Shown in pieces: positions 29,646 to 38,122 of a DNA stretch of 64,000 nt. The notes beneath the pieces were generated by a model. That model did not search any database, was not told the DNA's origin, and saw only the letters and a list, made by a program, of their open reading frames with translations. The position numbers and the translations under genes were made by a program. The stretch lies in the NCBI GenBank assembly GCA_017305055.1, contig JAFKMZ010000008.1, positions 111,990-175,989 on the forward strand, read 5' to 3'. Source of the stretch: Lysobacterales bacterium (GTDB lineage: Bacteria > Pseudomonadota > Gammaproteobacteria > Xanthomonadales > Rhodanobacteraceae). Every line of letters begins with the position of its first letter. The stretch's first letter is position 1.

Positions 29646-32072
29646 ATGTTGAATCTCGCCGAATACCGCCAGCGTCCCGCACTGCTTGCCGACTGGCTGC
29701 CGTGGGCCGGGCTGGTCGCGCCCGGCGTGGTGCTGAACAAGGACGGCAGCTTCCAGCGCATGGCGCGCTTTCGCGGACCGGACCTGGACAGCGCAACCCA
29801 AGGCGAGCTGGTCGCCACGACCGCGCGGCTTAACAACGCGCTGCGCCGCCTGGGGTCGGGCTGGGCGCTGTTCGTCGAGGCGGAGCGCCGGCCAGCGGCC
29901 GACTATCCGCACTCAGCGTTTCCCGAGGCGCTCTCCTGGCTGGCGGACGAGGAACGGCGGGCAGCGTTCGAACAAGCCGGCAGTCACTACGAAAGCGGCT
30001 ATCACCTGACGCTGGCCTATCTGCCGCCGGAGGAATCGCGCGCGCGTGCCGCGAAGCTTCTGTACGAGAACACGCCCACGTCCGGGGTGGACTGGCGCGA
30101 ACGGCTCGCCGCATTCATCGCCGAGACCGGCCGCGTGTTCGACCTGCTCGACGGCGTGATGCCCGAGATCGCGTGGCTGGACGACGCCGAGACGCTGACC
30201 TATCTGCACGGGTGTATCTCGACGCGGCACTACTCGCTGTCGGTGCCCGAAGTGCCATTCCACCTCGACGCGTTCCTGGCGGATTCGGCGCTCGTCGGAG
30301 GCCTGGCGCCCATGCTGGGCGACCAGCACCTGCGCGTCGTGACGGTGCGCGGCTTCCCGACCTCGACTTGGCCGGGCCTGCTCGACGACCTGAATCGCTT
30401 GGGCTTTGCCTATCGCTGGTGCACCCGCTTTCTATGCCTGGACAAGGCCGAGGCGGAAAAGGAGCTGACGCGGCTGCGCCGGCAGTGGTTCGCCAAGCGC
30501 AAGAACGTCGTGGCGCTGTTGCGCGAGACCATCTTCCAGCAGGAGTCGCCGCTAGTCGATACGGATGCGAGCAACAAAGCGACGGATGCCGACGCCGCCC
30601 TGCAGGAACTCGGCGGTGACCAGGTGGCGTTCGGCTACGTGACCGCGACCGTCGTCGTGATGGACGCGGAGGCGGACGCGGCCGACGAGAAACTGCGCCG
30701 GGTCGAACGCGCGATCCAGGGGCGTGGCTTCGTCACGATCCCCGAGACGCTCAATGCCATCGAAGCCTGGCTGTCGTCGCTTCCCGGCCACGCCTACGCC
30801 AACGTGCGCCAGCCGAGCATTTCCACGCTGAACCTCGCGCACCTGATGCCGGTCTCGGCCGTGTGGGCCGGGCCGGAGAAGAACGACCACCTCGACGGGC
30901 CGCCGCTGATCGTTACGCGTACGGCGGGCGACACGCCGTTCCGGCTGGTGACGCACATCGGCGACGTCGGCCATACGCTGGTGGTGGGGCCGACCGGCAT
31001 GGGCAAGTCGGTGCTGCTCGCCGTGCTGGCGTTGCAGTTCCGACGGTATCCGGGCTCGCGCATCTTCGCCTTCGACATGGGCCGCTCCATGCGCGCCACC
31101 ATCCTGGGGCTGGGCGGCGAACACTACGACCTCGGCAGCGACGGTGCGATCGCGTTCCAGCCGCTCGCGCGCATCGACCGCGAGGGCTATCTCACCTGGG
31201 CGGCCGAATGGGTCGAAGGCCGCCTGCGGCAGGAAGGTGTGGCCGTCGGCCCGGACGAGAAGGCCGCCGTATGGTCGGCGCTCGCCAGCCTTGCCGGCGC
31301 ACCGACCGAACAGCGCACGCTCACGGGCCTGTCCGTGCTGCTGCAATCCAATGCGCTGCGCCAGGCGCTGGCGCCGTACGTGCTCGGCGGTGCCCACGGA
31401 CGGCTGCTCGATGCCGACCACGACCAGCTCGGCGTGGCCGACGTGCAGGGCTTCGAGATGGAAGAGCTGATGGCGAGCCGCGCGGCGGTGCTCGCCGTGC
31501 TGGGGTATCTCTTTGCGCGCTTCGAGGAGCGCTTCGATGGCGCGCCCACGTTGCTGATCCTCGATGAGTCCTGGCTGTTCCTCGACGACCCGGTATTTGC
31601 CGCGCGCATCCGCCAGTGGCTCAAGACGCTGCGCAAGAAGAACGTGAGCGTCATCTTCGCCACGCAATCGCTGGCCGACATCAAGGACTCGAGCGTCGCG
31701 CCCGCGATCATCGAGAGCTGCGCGAGCCGCATTTTCCTGCCGAACCCGCAGGCCACCGAGCCGCAGATTCGGACGATTTACGAGGGCTTTGGCCTGAACA
31801 GCCGGCAGATCGAGATCGTCGCCACCGCCGAACCCAAGCGCGACTACTACTACCAGTCGCGTCTCGGCAACCGCCTGTTCGACCTCGACCTCGGGCCGGT
31901 CGCACTCGCGTTTGCTGGCGCCTCCATGCCGCAGGACCAGCGTGACATCGACGCCGTGCGCGCCAGCGCCCAGCCGGGCGACTTCGCCGCGAGCTGGCTG
32001 CGTCACCGCGGCCTCGACTGGGCCGCCGACCTCATTCCTTCGTTTCCCAAACCTACGGAGATTCGGCCATGA
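29646..32072 (+). CDS. trbE: TrbE (VirB4 ATPase)
   Basis: Walker A VVGPTGMGKSVLL and Walker B LLILDESWLFL. About 808 aa. Confidence 0.9.
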   Translation: MLNLAEYRQRPALLADWLPWAGLVAPGVVLNKDGSFQRMARFRGPDLDSATQGELVATTARLNNALRRLGSGWALFVEAERRPAADYPHSAFPEALSWLADEERRAAFEQAGSHYESGYHLTLAYLPPEESRARAAKLLYENTPTSGVDWRERLAAFIAETGRVFDLLDGVMPEIAWLDDAETLTYLHGCISTRHYSLSVPEVPFHLDAFLADSALVGGLAPMLGDQHLRVVTVRGFPTSTWPGLLDDLNRLGFAYRWCTRFLCLDKAEAEKELTRLRRQWFAKRKNVVALLRETIFQQESPLVDTDASNKATDADAALQELGGDQVAFGYVTATVVVMDAEADAADEKLRRVERAIQGRGFVTIPETLNAIEAWLSSLPGHAYANVRQPSISTLNLAHLMPVSAVWAGPEKNDHLDGPPLIVTRTAGDTPFRLVTHIGDVGHTLVVGPTGMGKSVLLAVLALQFRRYPGSRIFAFDMGRSMRATILGLGGEHYDLGSDGAIAFQPLARIDREGYLTWAAEWVEGRLRQEGVAVGPDEKAAVWSALASLAGAPTEQRTLTGLSVLLQSNALRQALAPYVLGGAHGRLLDADHDQLGVADVQGFEMEELMASRAAVLAVLGYLFARFEERFDGAPTLLILDESWLFLDDPVFAARIRQWLKTLRKKNVSVIFATQSLADIKDSSVAPAIIESCASRIFLPNPQATEPQIRTIYEGFGLNSRQIEIVATAEPKRDYYYQSRLGNRLFDLDLGPVALAFAGASMPQDQRDIDAVRASAQPGDFAASWLRHRGLDWAADLIPSFPKPTEIRP

Positions 32073-32797
32073 AGAAGACCTGTCTGGTCGCTGCGGCTGC
32101 TGTGTTGTTCACGTGTTCGTCCGCGAGCTTCGCGCAGTGGGCGGTGTTCGATGCGGCCAACTACACCCAGAACCTTTTGACCGCTGCGCGCGAGCTGCAG
32201 CAGATCGACAACCAGATCCAGCAGTTGCAGAACCAGGCCACGATGCTGGTGAACCAGGGTCGCAATCTCACGAGCCTTCCCTACAGCGCGCTCGCACAGT
32301 TGCAAGCCACGCTGGCGAGCACCAACCAGTTGATCGCGCAAGCGCAGGGACTGTCCTTCAACGTCGCGCAGTCGCAGGCGATGTTCAATCGGCTGTATCC
32401 CAGTTCTTACGGTGCCAGCGCCTCCAATGCCCAGATGGTGCAGGACGCGCAAACGCGCTGGCAAACCTCGGTGCAGGCGCTGCAGACCGCGACGCAGATA
32501 CAGTCGCAAGCCGCGCAGAACTTGCTGTCGGATCAAAGCGTATTAAGCAACGTGGTGACGCAAAGCCAGGGCGCGGTTGGCGCCTTGCAGGCCAGCCAGG
32601 CCACCAACCAGTTGCTCGCGCTGATTTCGCGCCAGGCGATCCAGGCCCAGCAACTCGCGGTGTCGCAGAACCGGGCGACGGCCCTGGACCAGGCGCGGGC
32701 GGCAGCCGACGAGGCGCAGGCCGAGCAGGTGCGCACGCGCTTCATCGGCAATGGCCCGCAATACACGCCGCAGCCGGTGGACTTCTACGGGAACTGA
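32069..32797 (+). CDS. trbJ: TrbJ (VirB5-like)
   Basis: Signal peptide, a Q-rich coiled-coil region (LQQIDNQIQQLQNQATML), and the expected position. Confidence 0.85.
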   Translation: MKKTCLVAAAAVLFTCSSASFAQWAVFDAANYTQNLLTAARELQQIDNQIQQLQNQATMLVNQGRNLTSLPYSALAQLQATLASTNQLIAQAQGLSFNVAQSQAMFNRLYPSSYGASASNAQMVQDAQTRWQTSVQALQTATQIQSQAAQNLLSDQSVLSNVVTQSQGAVGALQASQATNQLLALISRQAIQAQQLAVSQNRATALDQARAAADEAQAEQVRTRFIGNGPQYTPQPVDFYGN

Positions 32798-32801
32798 TGG
32801 C

Positions 32802-33095
32802 ATGCGTCGCGCGCCACTCCTGTTTGCCACGGTGCTGCTGACCGCTTGCGGCCGGCACGCGCCGGCGCTGACCGTCGACGCACTTGCGCACGACCCGCAC
32901 CAGCTCTACGCGCTGCGCCGCCACTGTGCGCGCTCACCCATGCGCATCAACCGGGCGACCTGCCGGATGGCGAACGCCGCCTACGCCAAGCGCTTCTTCC
33001 TGGGGTTGGGTGGCCCCGATGAATACCAGACGCTGCGCTCCCTCCCGCCAATCCCGGAGAGCTTCGAGCCGGACGCTGCCGGGGCGCCGCCGTGA
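32802..33095 (+). CDS. trbK: TrbK/EexN-like entry-exclusion lipoprotein (backbone copy)
   Basis: Has a lipobox (TVLLTAC) and lies between trbJ and trbL. It is a paralogue of 25058-25303. Confidence 0.65.
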   Translation: MRRAPLLFATVLLTACGRHAPALTVDALAHDPHQLYALRRHCARSPMRINRATCRMANAAYAKRFFLGLGGPDEYQTLRSLPPIPESFEPDAAGAPP

Positions 33096-34336
33096 ACGAC
33101 CTGTCCGTCATCGACCAGTTCCTGGCCGTCTTCTCGCGGTACATCGACTCGGGCTTCGGGTTGCTGCACGGCGAGGTCATGTATCTGTCGGCCACGCTGA
33201 TCGTCATCGACATGACGCTCGCCGGCCTGTTCTGGGCGATGGGCGGCGAAGAGGTGCTGGCGAAGCTGATCCGCAAGACGCTCTACATCGGGGCGTTCGC
33301 CTACATCATCGGCAACTTCAACATGCTCGCCGGCATCGTGTTCCGCTCGTTCGTCGGCCTCGGCCTGCTTGCGTCCGGTTCGACCGTCAGCGTCGGCGAC
33401 TTCCTGCAGCCAGGGCGGCTCGCCGCGATCGGCGTCACTGCCGGCGCACCGATCCTGCAGCAGGTCGGCACGATGTCGCATGGCATCACGGCGGTCTTCA
33501 GCAACTTCGACATGATCGTGGTGCTGCTGTTCGCCTGGGCCGTCGTGGTCATCAGCTTTTTCATCCTGGCGATACAGCTTTTCGTGACGCTGGTGGAGTT
33601 CAAGCTGACCACGCTTGCCGGGTTCGTGCTGGTGCCGTTCGCACTCTGGAACAAGACTTCGTTCCTGGCAGAGAAGGTGCTCGGCAACGTGGTGTCCTCG
33701 GGCGTCAAGGTGCTGGTGCTCGCCGTGATCGTCGGCATCGGTTCGACGATCTTCGGGCAGTTCCAGTCGCCGGCCGGCACCGATCCGTCGCTGAACCACG
33801 CACTCGCCCTCATGCTGGCTTCGCTCACGATGCTGGGCCTGGGCATCTTCGGACCGGGTATTGCCACCGGCCTGGTGTCCGGGGCGCCGCAGCTTGGCGC
33901 GGGAGCCGCTGCCGGTACGGCGCTCGGCGCGGCAGGTCTTGCGGTCGCAGGCGGTGCCGCCGTGGCGACCGGGGGTGCCGCAGTGGCGGCCGGAACCCGC
34001 CTGGCCGCTCGTGGCGCGGTGGGCGCTGCGCGCACCGCCAGCGGTGCTGCCTCCGCGTATCGCGCGGGAGCCGCCGCATCGGGCGCAACCGGAGCCAGGG
34101 CATTCGGGGCGGGCATGGCGAGCGCCGCCCGCGCCGCGAGTAGCCGCGTGGCGTCCGCCGTTGGTGCAGGCGGCGCGTCCCCTACAACCGGCAACAGGGC
34201 ACCGGACTGGGCGCAGCGCCTGCAACGCCGGCAGCGTTTCTCGCAGGGCGCTTCGACCGCCGCGCACGTCGTGCGCTCGGGCGATCACGGCGGTGGCGGC
34301 GCCGCGCCCGAGCTGCGCGATCCCTCGAACGATTAA
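33092..34336 (+). CDS. trbL: TrbL (VirB6 family)
   Basis: Multi-TM protein with an Ala/Gly-rich C-terminal tail, and the expected position. Confidence 0.85.
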   Translation: MNDLSVIDQFLAVFSRYIDSGFGLLHGEVMYLSATLIVIDMTLAGLFWAMGGEEVLAKLIRKTLYIGAFAYIIGNFNMLAGIVFRSFVGLGLLASGSTVSVGDFLQPGRLAAIGVTAGAPILQQVGTMSHGITAVFSNFDMIVVLLFAWAVVVISFFILAIQLFVTLVEFKLTTLAGFVLVPFALWNKTSFLAEKVLGNVVSSGVKVLVLAVIVGIGSTIFGQFQSPAGTDPSLNHALALMLASLTMLGLGIFGPGIATGLVSGAPQLGAGAAAGTALGAAGLAVAGGAAVATGGAAVAAGTRLAARGAVGAARTASGAASAYRAGAAASGATGARAFGAGMASAARAASSRVASAVGAGGASPTTGNRAPDWAQRLQRRQRFSQGASTAAHVVRSGDHGGGGAAPELRDPSND

Positions 34337-34348
34337 CGGAGACCCATC

Positions 34349-35053
34349 ATGCGCTTTAAACGACCCGGCGTCCGCTACAGCGATACACCCGCACCTGCAA
34401 CGCCTTATCAGGCGGCCGCGCAGGTGTGGGACGAGCGCTTGGGCAGTGCCCGCGTGCAGGCGAAAAACTGGCGGTTGATGTCGTTCGGCTGCCTGGGCAT
34501 TGCGCTGCTGATGGCTGCTGGTCTCGTCTGGCAGTCCGGCGAGTCGCGCGTCACGCCCTACGTGGTCGAAGTCGATCACGCGGGGCAGGTGCGTGCGGTC
34601 GGGGCGGCGATAACGCCGTACAAGCCCACCGACGCGCAGATCGCCTGGTATCTCGCGCGCTTCATCGCCGACGTGCGCTCGCTGTCCATCGACCCGATCG
34701 TGGTGCGGCAGCACTGGCTCGAAGCCTACGGCTACACCACCGACAAGGGTGCGGCGACGCTGAACGCCTACGCCCGCGCCCACGATCCGTTTGCCCATAT
34801 CGGGCAGGACTCCGTATCGGTGGATGTGACCAGCGTGGTGCGCGTGAGCGACGCCTCGTTCCAGCTGCGCTGGACCGAGCAGCACTACCACGAGGGCACG
34901 CCCACGGGCAGCGAGCACTGGACCGCGATGCTCACCCTCGTCATGCAGACCCCGCGCACCGAGCAGCAGGTGCGCCGCAACCCCCTCGGCATCTACGTCA
35001 ACGGCCTGTCCTGGAGCCGCGACCTGGATGCACCCCAAGGAGCCAAGAAATGA
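34349..35053 (+). CDS. trbF: TrbF (VirB8 family)
   Basis: Single N-terminal TM plus a VirB8-like domain (PYVVEVDHAGQVRAV..., WTAMLTLVMQ). Confidence 0.85.
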   Translation: MRFKRPGVRYSDTPAPATPYQAAAQVWDERLGSARVQAKNWRLMSFGCLGIALLMAAGLVWQSGESRVTPYVVEVDHAGQVRAVGAAITPYKPTDAQIAWYLARFIADVRSLSIDPIVVRQHWLEAYGYTTDKGAATLNAYARAHDPFAHIGQDSVSVDVTSVVRVSDASFQLRWTEQHYHEGTPTGSEHWTAMLTLVMQTPRTEQQVRRNPLGIYVNGLSWSRDLDAPQGAKK

Positions 35054-36057
35054 AACGTGCCATGACTGCCATTGCCGTCCTCGGCGCACTGGTCGCGCTG
35101 TCCGGCTGCGCGACGCAAGGCAAGCCGCCACCCGCCATCTCGTTGGACGAGCCGGTGCAGGCCGAGTCACTGCCCGAACCAGCCAAGCCGGTCGCGGTGG
35201 TGGAGGTGCCCAAGCCCTTGCCGCTGCCGGGCCAAATGAAGCCATTGCCCGGCAAGGCCGACGCAAAGCCCGCTGCGGAATCGGCCGACCCGAAAACACG
35301 CGTCGAACGGGCCAATGCCGAAGCCAGCATGGCGCCCACCCGCGAGGGCTACATCAACGCGATCCAGGTCTGGCCGTTCTCCGACGGTGCGCTGTACCAG
35401 GTCTATACGAGTCCCGGGCGCGTGACGGTGATTCGCCTGCAGCCCGGCGAGGATCTCGTGACAGTCGCCGCCGGCGACACGGTGCAATGGATCGTGGGCG
35501 ATACGGCCAGCGGCAGTGGTGCGGATCGGCGTGTCGCCGTGATGGTCAAGCCGGTGCGCGTGGGCATCAAGACGAACCTCGTCATCACGACCAGCCGGCG
35601 CACCTATTTGCTGGAACTCACGTCCACTCCCAAAGCGTGGATGGCCTCGGTGTCATGGGAGTATCCGAGGGACCAGATGCTGGCCCTGCAGGCCCAGACG
35701 CAGGCTGCCGATGCCCAGGCGCCGGTGGCTGGCGGGCTGTCGCTCGACCAGTTGCATTTCCGCTATGCGATCACGGGTGACGATCCGCCGTGGAAGCCGG
35801 TGCGAGCCTTCGACGATGGCCGGCACGTCTACATCCAGTTCCCGGCCGGTATCGCGCAGGGAGAGTTGCCGCCACTGTTCGTGGTCGGGCCGGACGGCAA
35901 GGGCGAGCTGGTGAACTACCGGTTCCGCGCACCCTACGACGTTGTGGATCGCCTGTTCGGCGCGGCCGAGTTGCGGCTGGGTGGAAAGAAGGCCGCCGTG
36001 GTGCGCATCGAGCGCACCGATGGCGTGGCGGCGGGAGCAGGCCATGGACACGACTGA
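35050..36057 (+). CDS. trbG: TrbG (VirB9 family) lipoprotein
   Basis: Has a lipobox (LVALSGC) and VirB9 repeats (VWPFSDGALYQVYTSPGRVTVIRLQPGE, DGRHVYIQFP). Confidence 0.85.
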   Translation: MKRAMTAIAVLGALVALSGCATQGKPPPAISLDEPVQAESLPEPAKPVAVVEVPKPLPLPGQMKPLPGKADAKPAAESADPKTRVERANAEASMAPTREGYINAIQVWPFSDGALYQVYTSPGRVTVIRLQPGEDLVTVAAGDTVQWIVGDTASGSGADRRVAVMVKPVRVGIKTNLVITTSRRTYLLELTSTPKAWMASVSWEYPRDQMLALQAQTQAADAQAPVAGGLSLDQLHFRYAITGDDPPWKPVRAFDDGRHVYIQFPAGIAQGELPPLFVVGPDGKGELVNYRFRAPYDVVDRLFGAAELRLGGKKAAVVRIERTDGVAAGAGHGHD

Positions 36058-37336
36058 CCGCGAAGCCCAGCCGACGCCGAAAGTCGCGCCCGAGGGGATG
36101 GCGTTGCGTGCAGCGCCGCGCGCGGTCACGCGGCTCAACCGGCGCACGCTCGCGGTGTCCAGCACGCTCCTGGTGGTCGCGGTTGCCGCAGCCTCGATGT
36201 GGGCACTGCAATCGAAGGGCAGACGTGGCCCGGCCGATCAGACCAATCTTTACCACGTTGATCGCGTCGCCAAGGCCGATGACCTCGACCAGTTGCCTGC
36301 CGACTATTCGAAGCTGCCCGGGAAGCCCGCGCCGGCACCCGCCGCGAGCGTGCCTCAGCTTGGGCCGCCGCTGCCCGGTGACATAGGGGCAGCTTCGGCT
36401 GTGACGCCGTTGCCAAATGGCGCCGTGGCTCCGGGGCCATCGGCTGAGAGTGTCGATCGGCAACGCCAGGCCGAGGAGATTGCGCGCTCGGCAGTGTTCT
36501 TCCGCACCAGCAGCAACAGCGGCAAGCAAGAAGCGGCTGCGGCCGTAGCACCTGCTGCACCGCCAAGCGGTGCCCTGGCCAGCCCGTTCAATCCGATGGG
36601 TGCCGGCCCGGCTTCCACGGCGGCACAGCCCAACGATCCGACGGCTCTCCAGAACCGGCAAGGCCAGAAGGAAACGTTTATGGCCCAAGGCGGCGATGCC
36701 GCTACGAGCAATACCGGCACCCTGCAGGCGCCGCCTTCGCCGTACACCGTGATGGCAGGCACCATCATCCCAGCGGCGCTAGTGACGGGCATCAACTCCG
36801 ACTTGCCGGGGCAGATCATCGCCGAGGTGACGCAGCCGGTGTATGACACAGCGACGGGCCACTATCTCTTGATCCCGCAGGGCTCGCGCCTGATCGGCCG
36901 CTACGACAGCCAGGTCGCCTTCGGGCAGCGCCGCGTGCTGCTGGTGTGGCTGCGTCTGGTGCTGCCCGACACCTCGTCGATTGCGCTGGACAAGCTGCCC
37001 GGCATCGACCCGGCGGGCTATGCCGGTTTGGAGGACGGCGTGGACTGGCACTGGAGCCGCATCCTGGCGGGTGCGGCGCTGTCCACGTTGCTGGGGGTCA
37101 ACGCCGAGCTGGCCGTCTCCAATCAGAATCAGGCCAACGGCAACACCGTGATCGCTTTGCGCGACAGCGCGCAGGACACCACCAACCAGATCGGGCAGGA
37201 GATCACGCGCCGCAACCTGAGCGTCCAGCCGACGCTGACCGTGCGGCCGGGATTCCAGGTCAACGTCATGGTGAACAAGGACCTGGTGCTGCGGCCGTAC
37301 CAGCCGCTCTTTATCCAGCGAGGTCCAATGCCATGA
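36044..37336 (+). CDS. trbI: TrbI (VirB10 family)
   Basis: TM segment, Pro/Ala-rich linker, and a C-terminal VirB10 barrel (GTIIPAALVTGINSDLPGQIIAEV...). Confidence 0.85.
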   Translation: MDTTDREAQPTPKVAPEGMALRAAPRAVTRLNRRTLAVSSTLLVVAVAAASMWALQSKGRRGPADQTNLYHVDRVAKADDLDQLPADYSKLPGKPAPAPAASVPQLGPPLPGDIGAASAVTPLPNGAVAPGPSAESVDRQRQAEEIARSAVFFRTSSNSGKQEAAAAVAPAAPPSGALASPFNPMGAGPASTAAQPNDPTALQNRQGQKETFMAQGGDAATSNTGTLQAPPSPYTVMAGTIIPAALVTGINSDLPGQIIAEVTQPVYDTATGHYLLIPQGSRLIGRYDSQVAFGQRRVLLVWLRLVLPDTSSIALDKLPGIDPAGYAGLEDGVDWHWSRILAGAALSTLLGVNAELAVSNQNQANGNTVIALRDSAQDTTNQIGQEITRRNLSVQPTLTVRPGFQVNVMVNKDLVLRPYQPLFIQRGPMP

Positions 37337-37593
37337 GCGCACCACCGAAAAAGCTGCGGCTCGGGCCGCTGCCCGACACACAGACCGTCAAGCTGGCCTT
37401 TGCGTGTCCGGCCCGGCTCAAGGCCGACCTGGACCGCTACGCGGCGCTGCACGCACAGACCTACGGTGAGGTAGTGGATGCCGTGACGCTGATACCGCTC
37501 ATGCTGGAAGCATTCATGGCAGCGGATCGGGGATTCAAACGGTCGGGCGTATCGTCGAGTCGTCCTAGAAACGAGAAAGCCGCCCCTGTATGA
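37333..37593 (+). CDS. DUF2274 domain protein (terminal gene of Trb-type ICEs)
   Basis: KKLRLGPLPDTQTVKLAFACPARLKADLDRYAALHAQTYGE...LIPLMLEAFMAADRGF. The stop codon sits in the loop of the hairpin at 37579-37604. Confidence 0.8.
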   Translation: MSAPPKKLRLGPLPDTQTVKLAFACPARLKADLDRYAALHAQTYGEVVDAVTLIPLMLEAFMAADRGFKRSGVSSSRPRNEKAAPV

Positions 37594-37604
37594 ACAGGGG
37601 CGGC
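37579..37604 (-). terminator. Rho-independent terminator of the tRNA-Leu gene (11-bp stem, 4-nt loop)
   Basis: GCCGCCCCTGT-ATGA-ACAGGGGCGGC. On the minus strand the hairpin starts 7 nt after the tRNA CCA end and is followed by UUUCUCGUUUCU. Confidence 0.6.
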
Positions 37605-37611
37605 TCCGAAT

Positions 37612-37933
37612 TGGTGCCCGAGGTCGGACTCGAACCGACAAGCCTTGCGGCGGGGGATTTTCTTCCCACTTCGGCTTTCGCCGCCGACGTTTCCAAAGAA
37701 ACGGCGTTCGTGGTCTGGAGCACGCCTTCACCATAGCCTTGCGGCCGTAGGTGCCCGCCGTCTGCTCTCTACACCTTCCCTCGAACCTTTCGGTCCGAGG
37801 GCTTGGCTCGGCGTTAGCTCGGACTCTCGTCCAGGGCCTTCACCGAGTTTGACGGGCTTCACCTCGGGGGTTTCCCCCAGAGGGCTCAAATTTGGTCTGA
37901 GTCCCCTGCGTCTACCAATTCCACCACTCGGGC
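37612..37933 (-). tRNA. tRNA-Leu(CAA) gene interrupted by a group I intron (exons 37899-37933 and 37612-37661)
   Basis: The joined exons are GCCCGAG UG GUGG AAUUGGUAGA CGC A GGGGA CUCAAAA UCCCC CGCCGCAAGGCUU GUCGG UUCGAGU CCGAC CUCGGGC A CCA. This is an 85-nt type II cloverleaf with a long variable arm and an encoded CCA. Confidence 0.85.
37662..37898 (-). ncRNA. Group I intron, IC3-like, 237 nt, no ORF
   Basis: It contains blocks shared with the Azoarcus tRNA-Ile and cyanobacterial tRNA-Leu(UAA) introns. These are the guide UUUGAGCCC, GUCAAACUCGG, CCGAGCCAAGCC, GGAAGGUGUAGAGAGCAGACGG, GCUAUGG, a GCGAAAGC tetraloop hairpin in a 3' extension, and a terminal G directly before the 3' exon AAAAUCCCC. 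Confidence 0.85.
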
Positions 37934-38122
37934 AGGACGCACATGATACTTCAACTACCTGCTACTACTGACTTGGAGTCAGCCTGCGCTGCACTGGCTC
38001 CCAGTTGGCTCCTAGCTCGAAAACTCGCATTCCCGATCAGGAGCCGCTTTTCCTCGTAAACTTTTGCCTGGCGCGGGCTGGCGGACGATGAACCCAACTT
38101 AACCATAGGTAGGAGTACCTAT

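Larger units (their letters stand above)
14546..37593. mobile_element. Conserved backbone of an integrative conjugative element (Tn4371-like, MOBP relaxase plus P-type Trb T4SS). The boundaries are not fully contained or resolved.
   Basis: A contiguous, same-strand set of replication, partition, DNA-processing and mating-pair-formation genes in the canonical order, ending in DUF2274 next to a tRNA gene. No integrase or excisionase-integrase pair is in the window. Confidence 0.85.

Noticed and set aside
32981-35299. A 772-aa minus-strand ORF, and similar long antisense ORFs at 529-2460, 26268-27359, 30552-32006, 38653-40086, 41949-43592, 47051-49012 and 53981-55657.
   Set aside because: All lie antisense to, or out of frame with, genes that have clear family motifs. 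Their translations are Arg/Ala/Gly/Pro/His-rich low-complexity strings, typical of stop-codon-poor frames in high-GC DNA.
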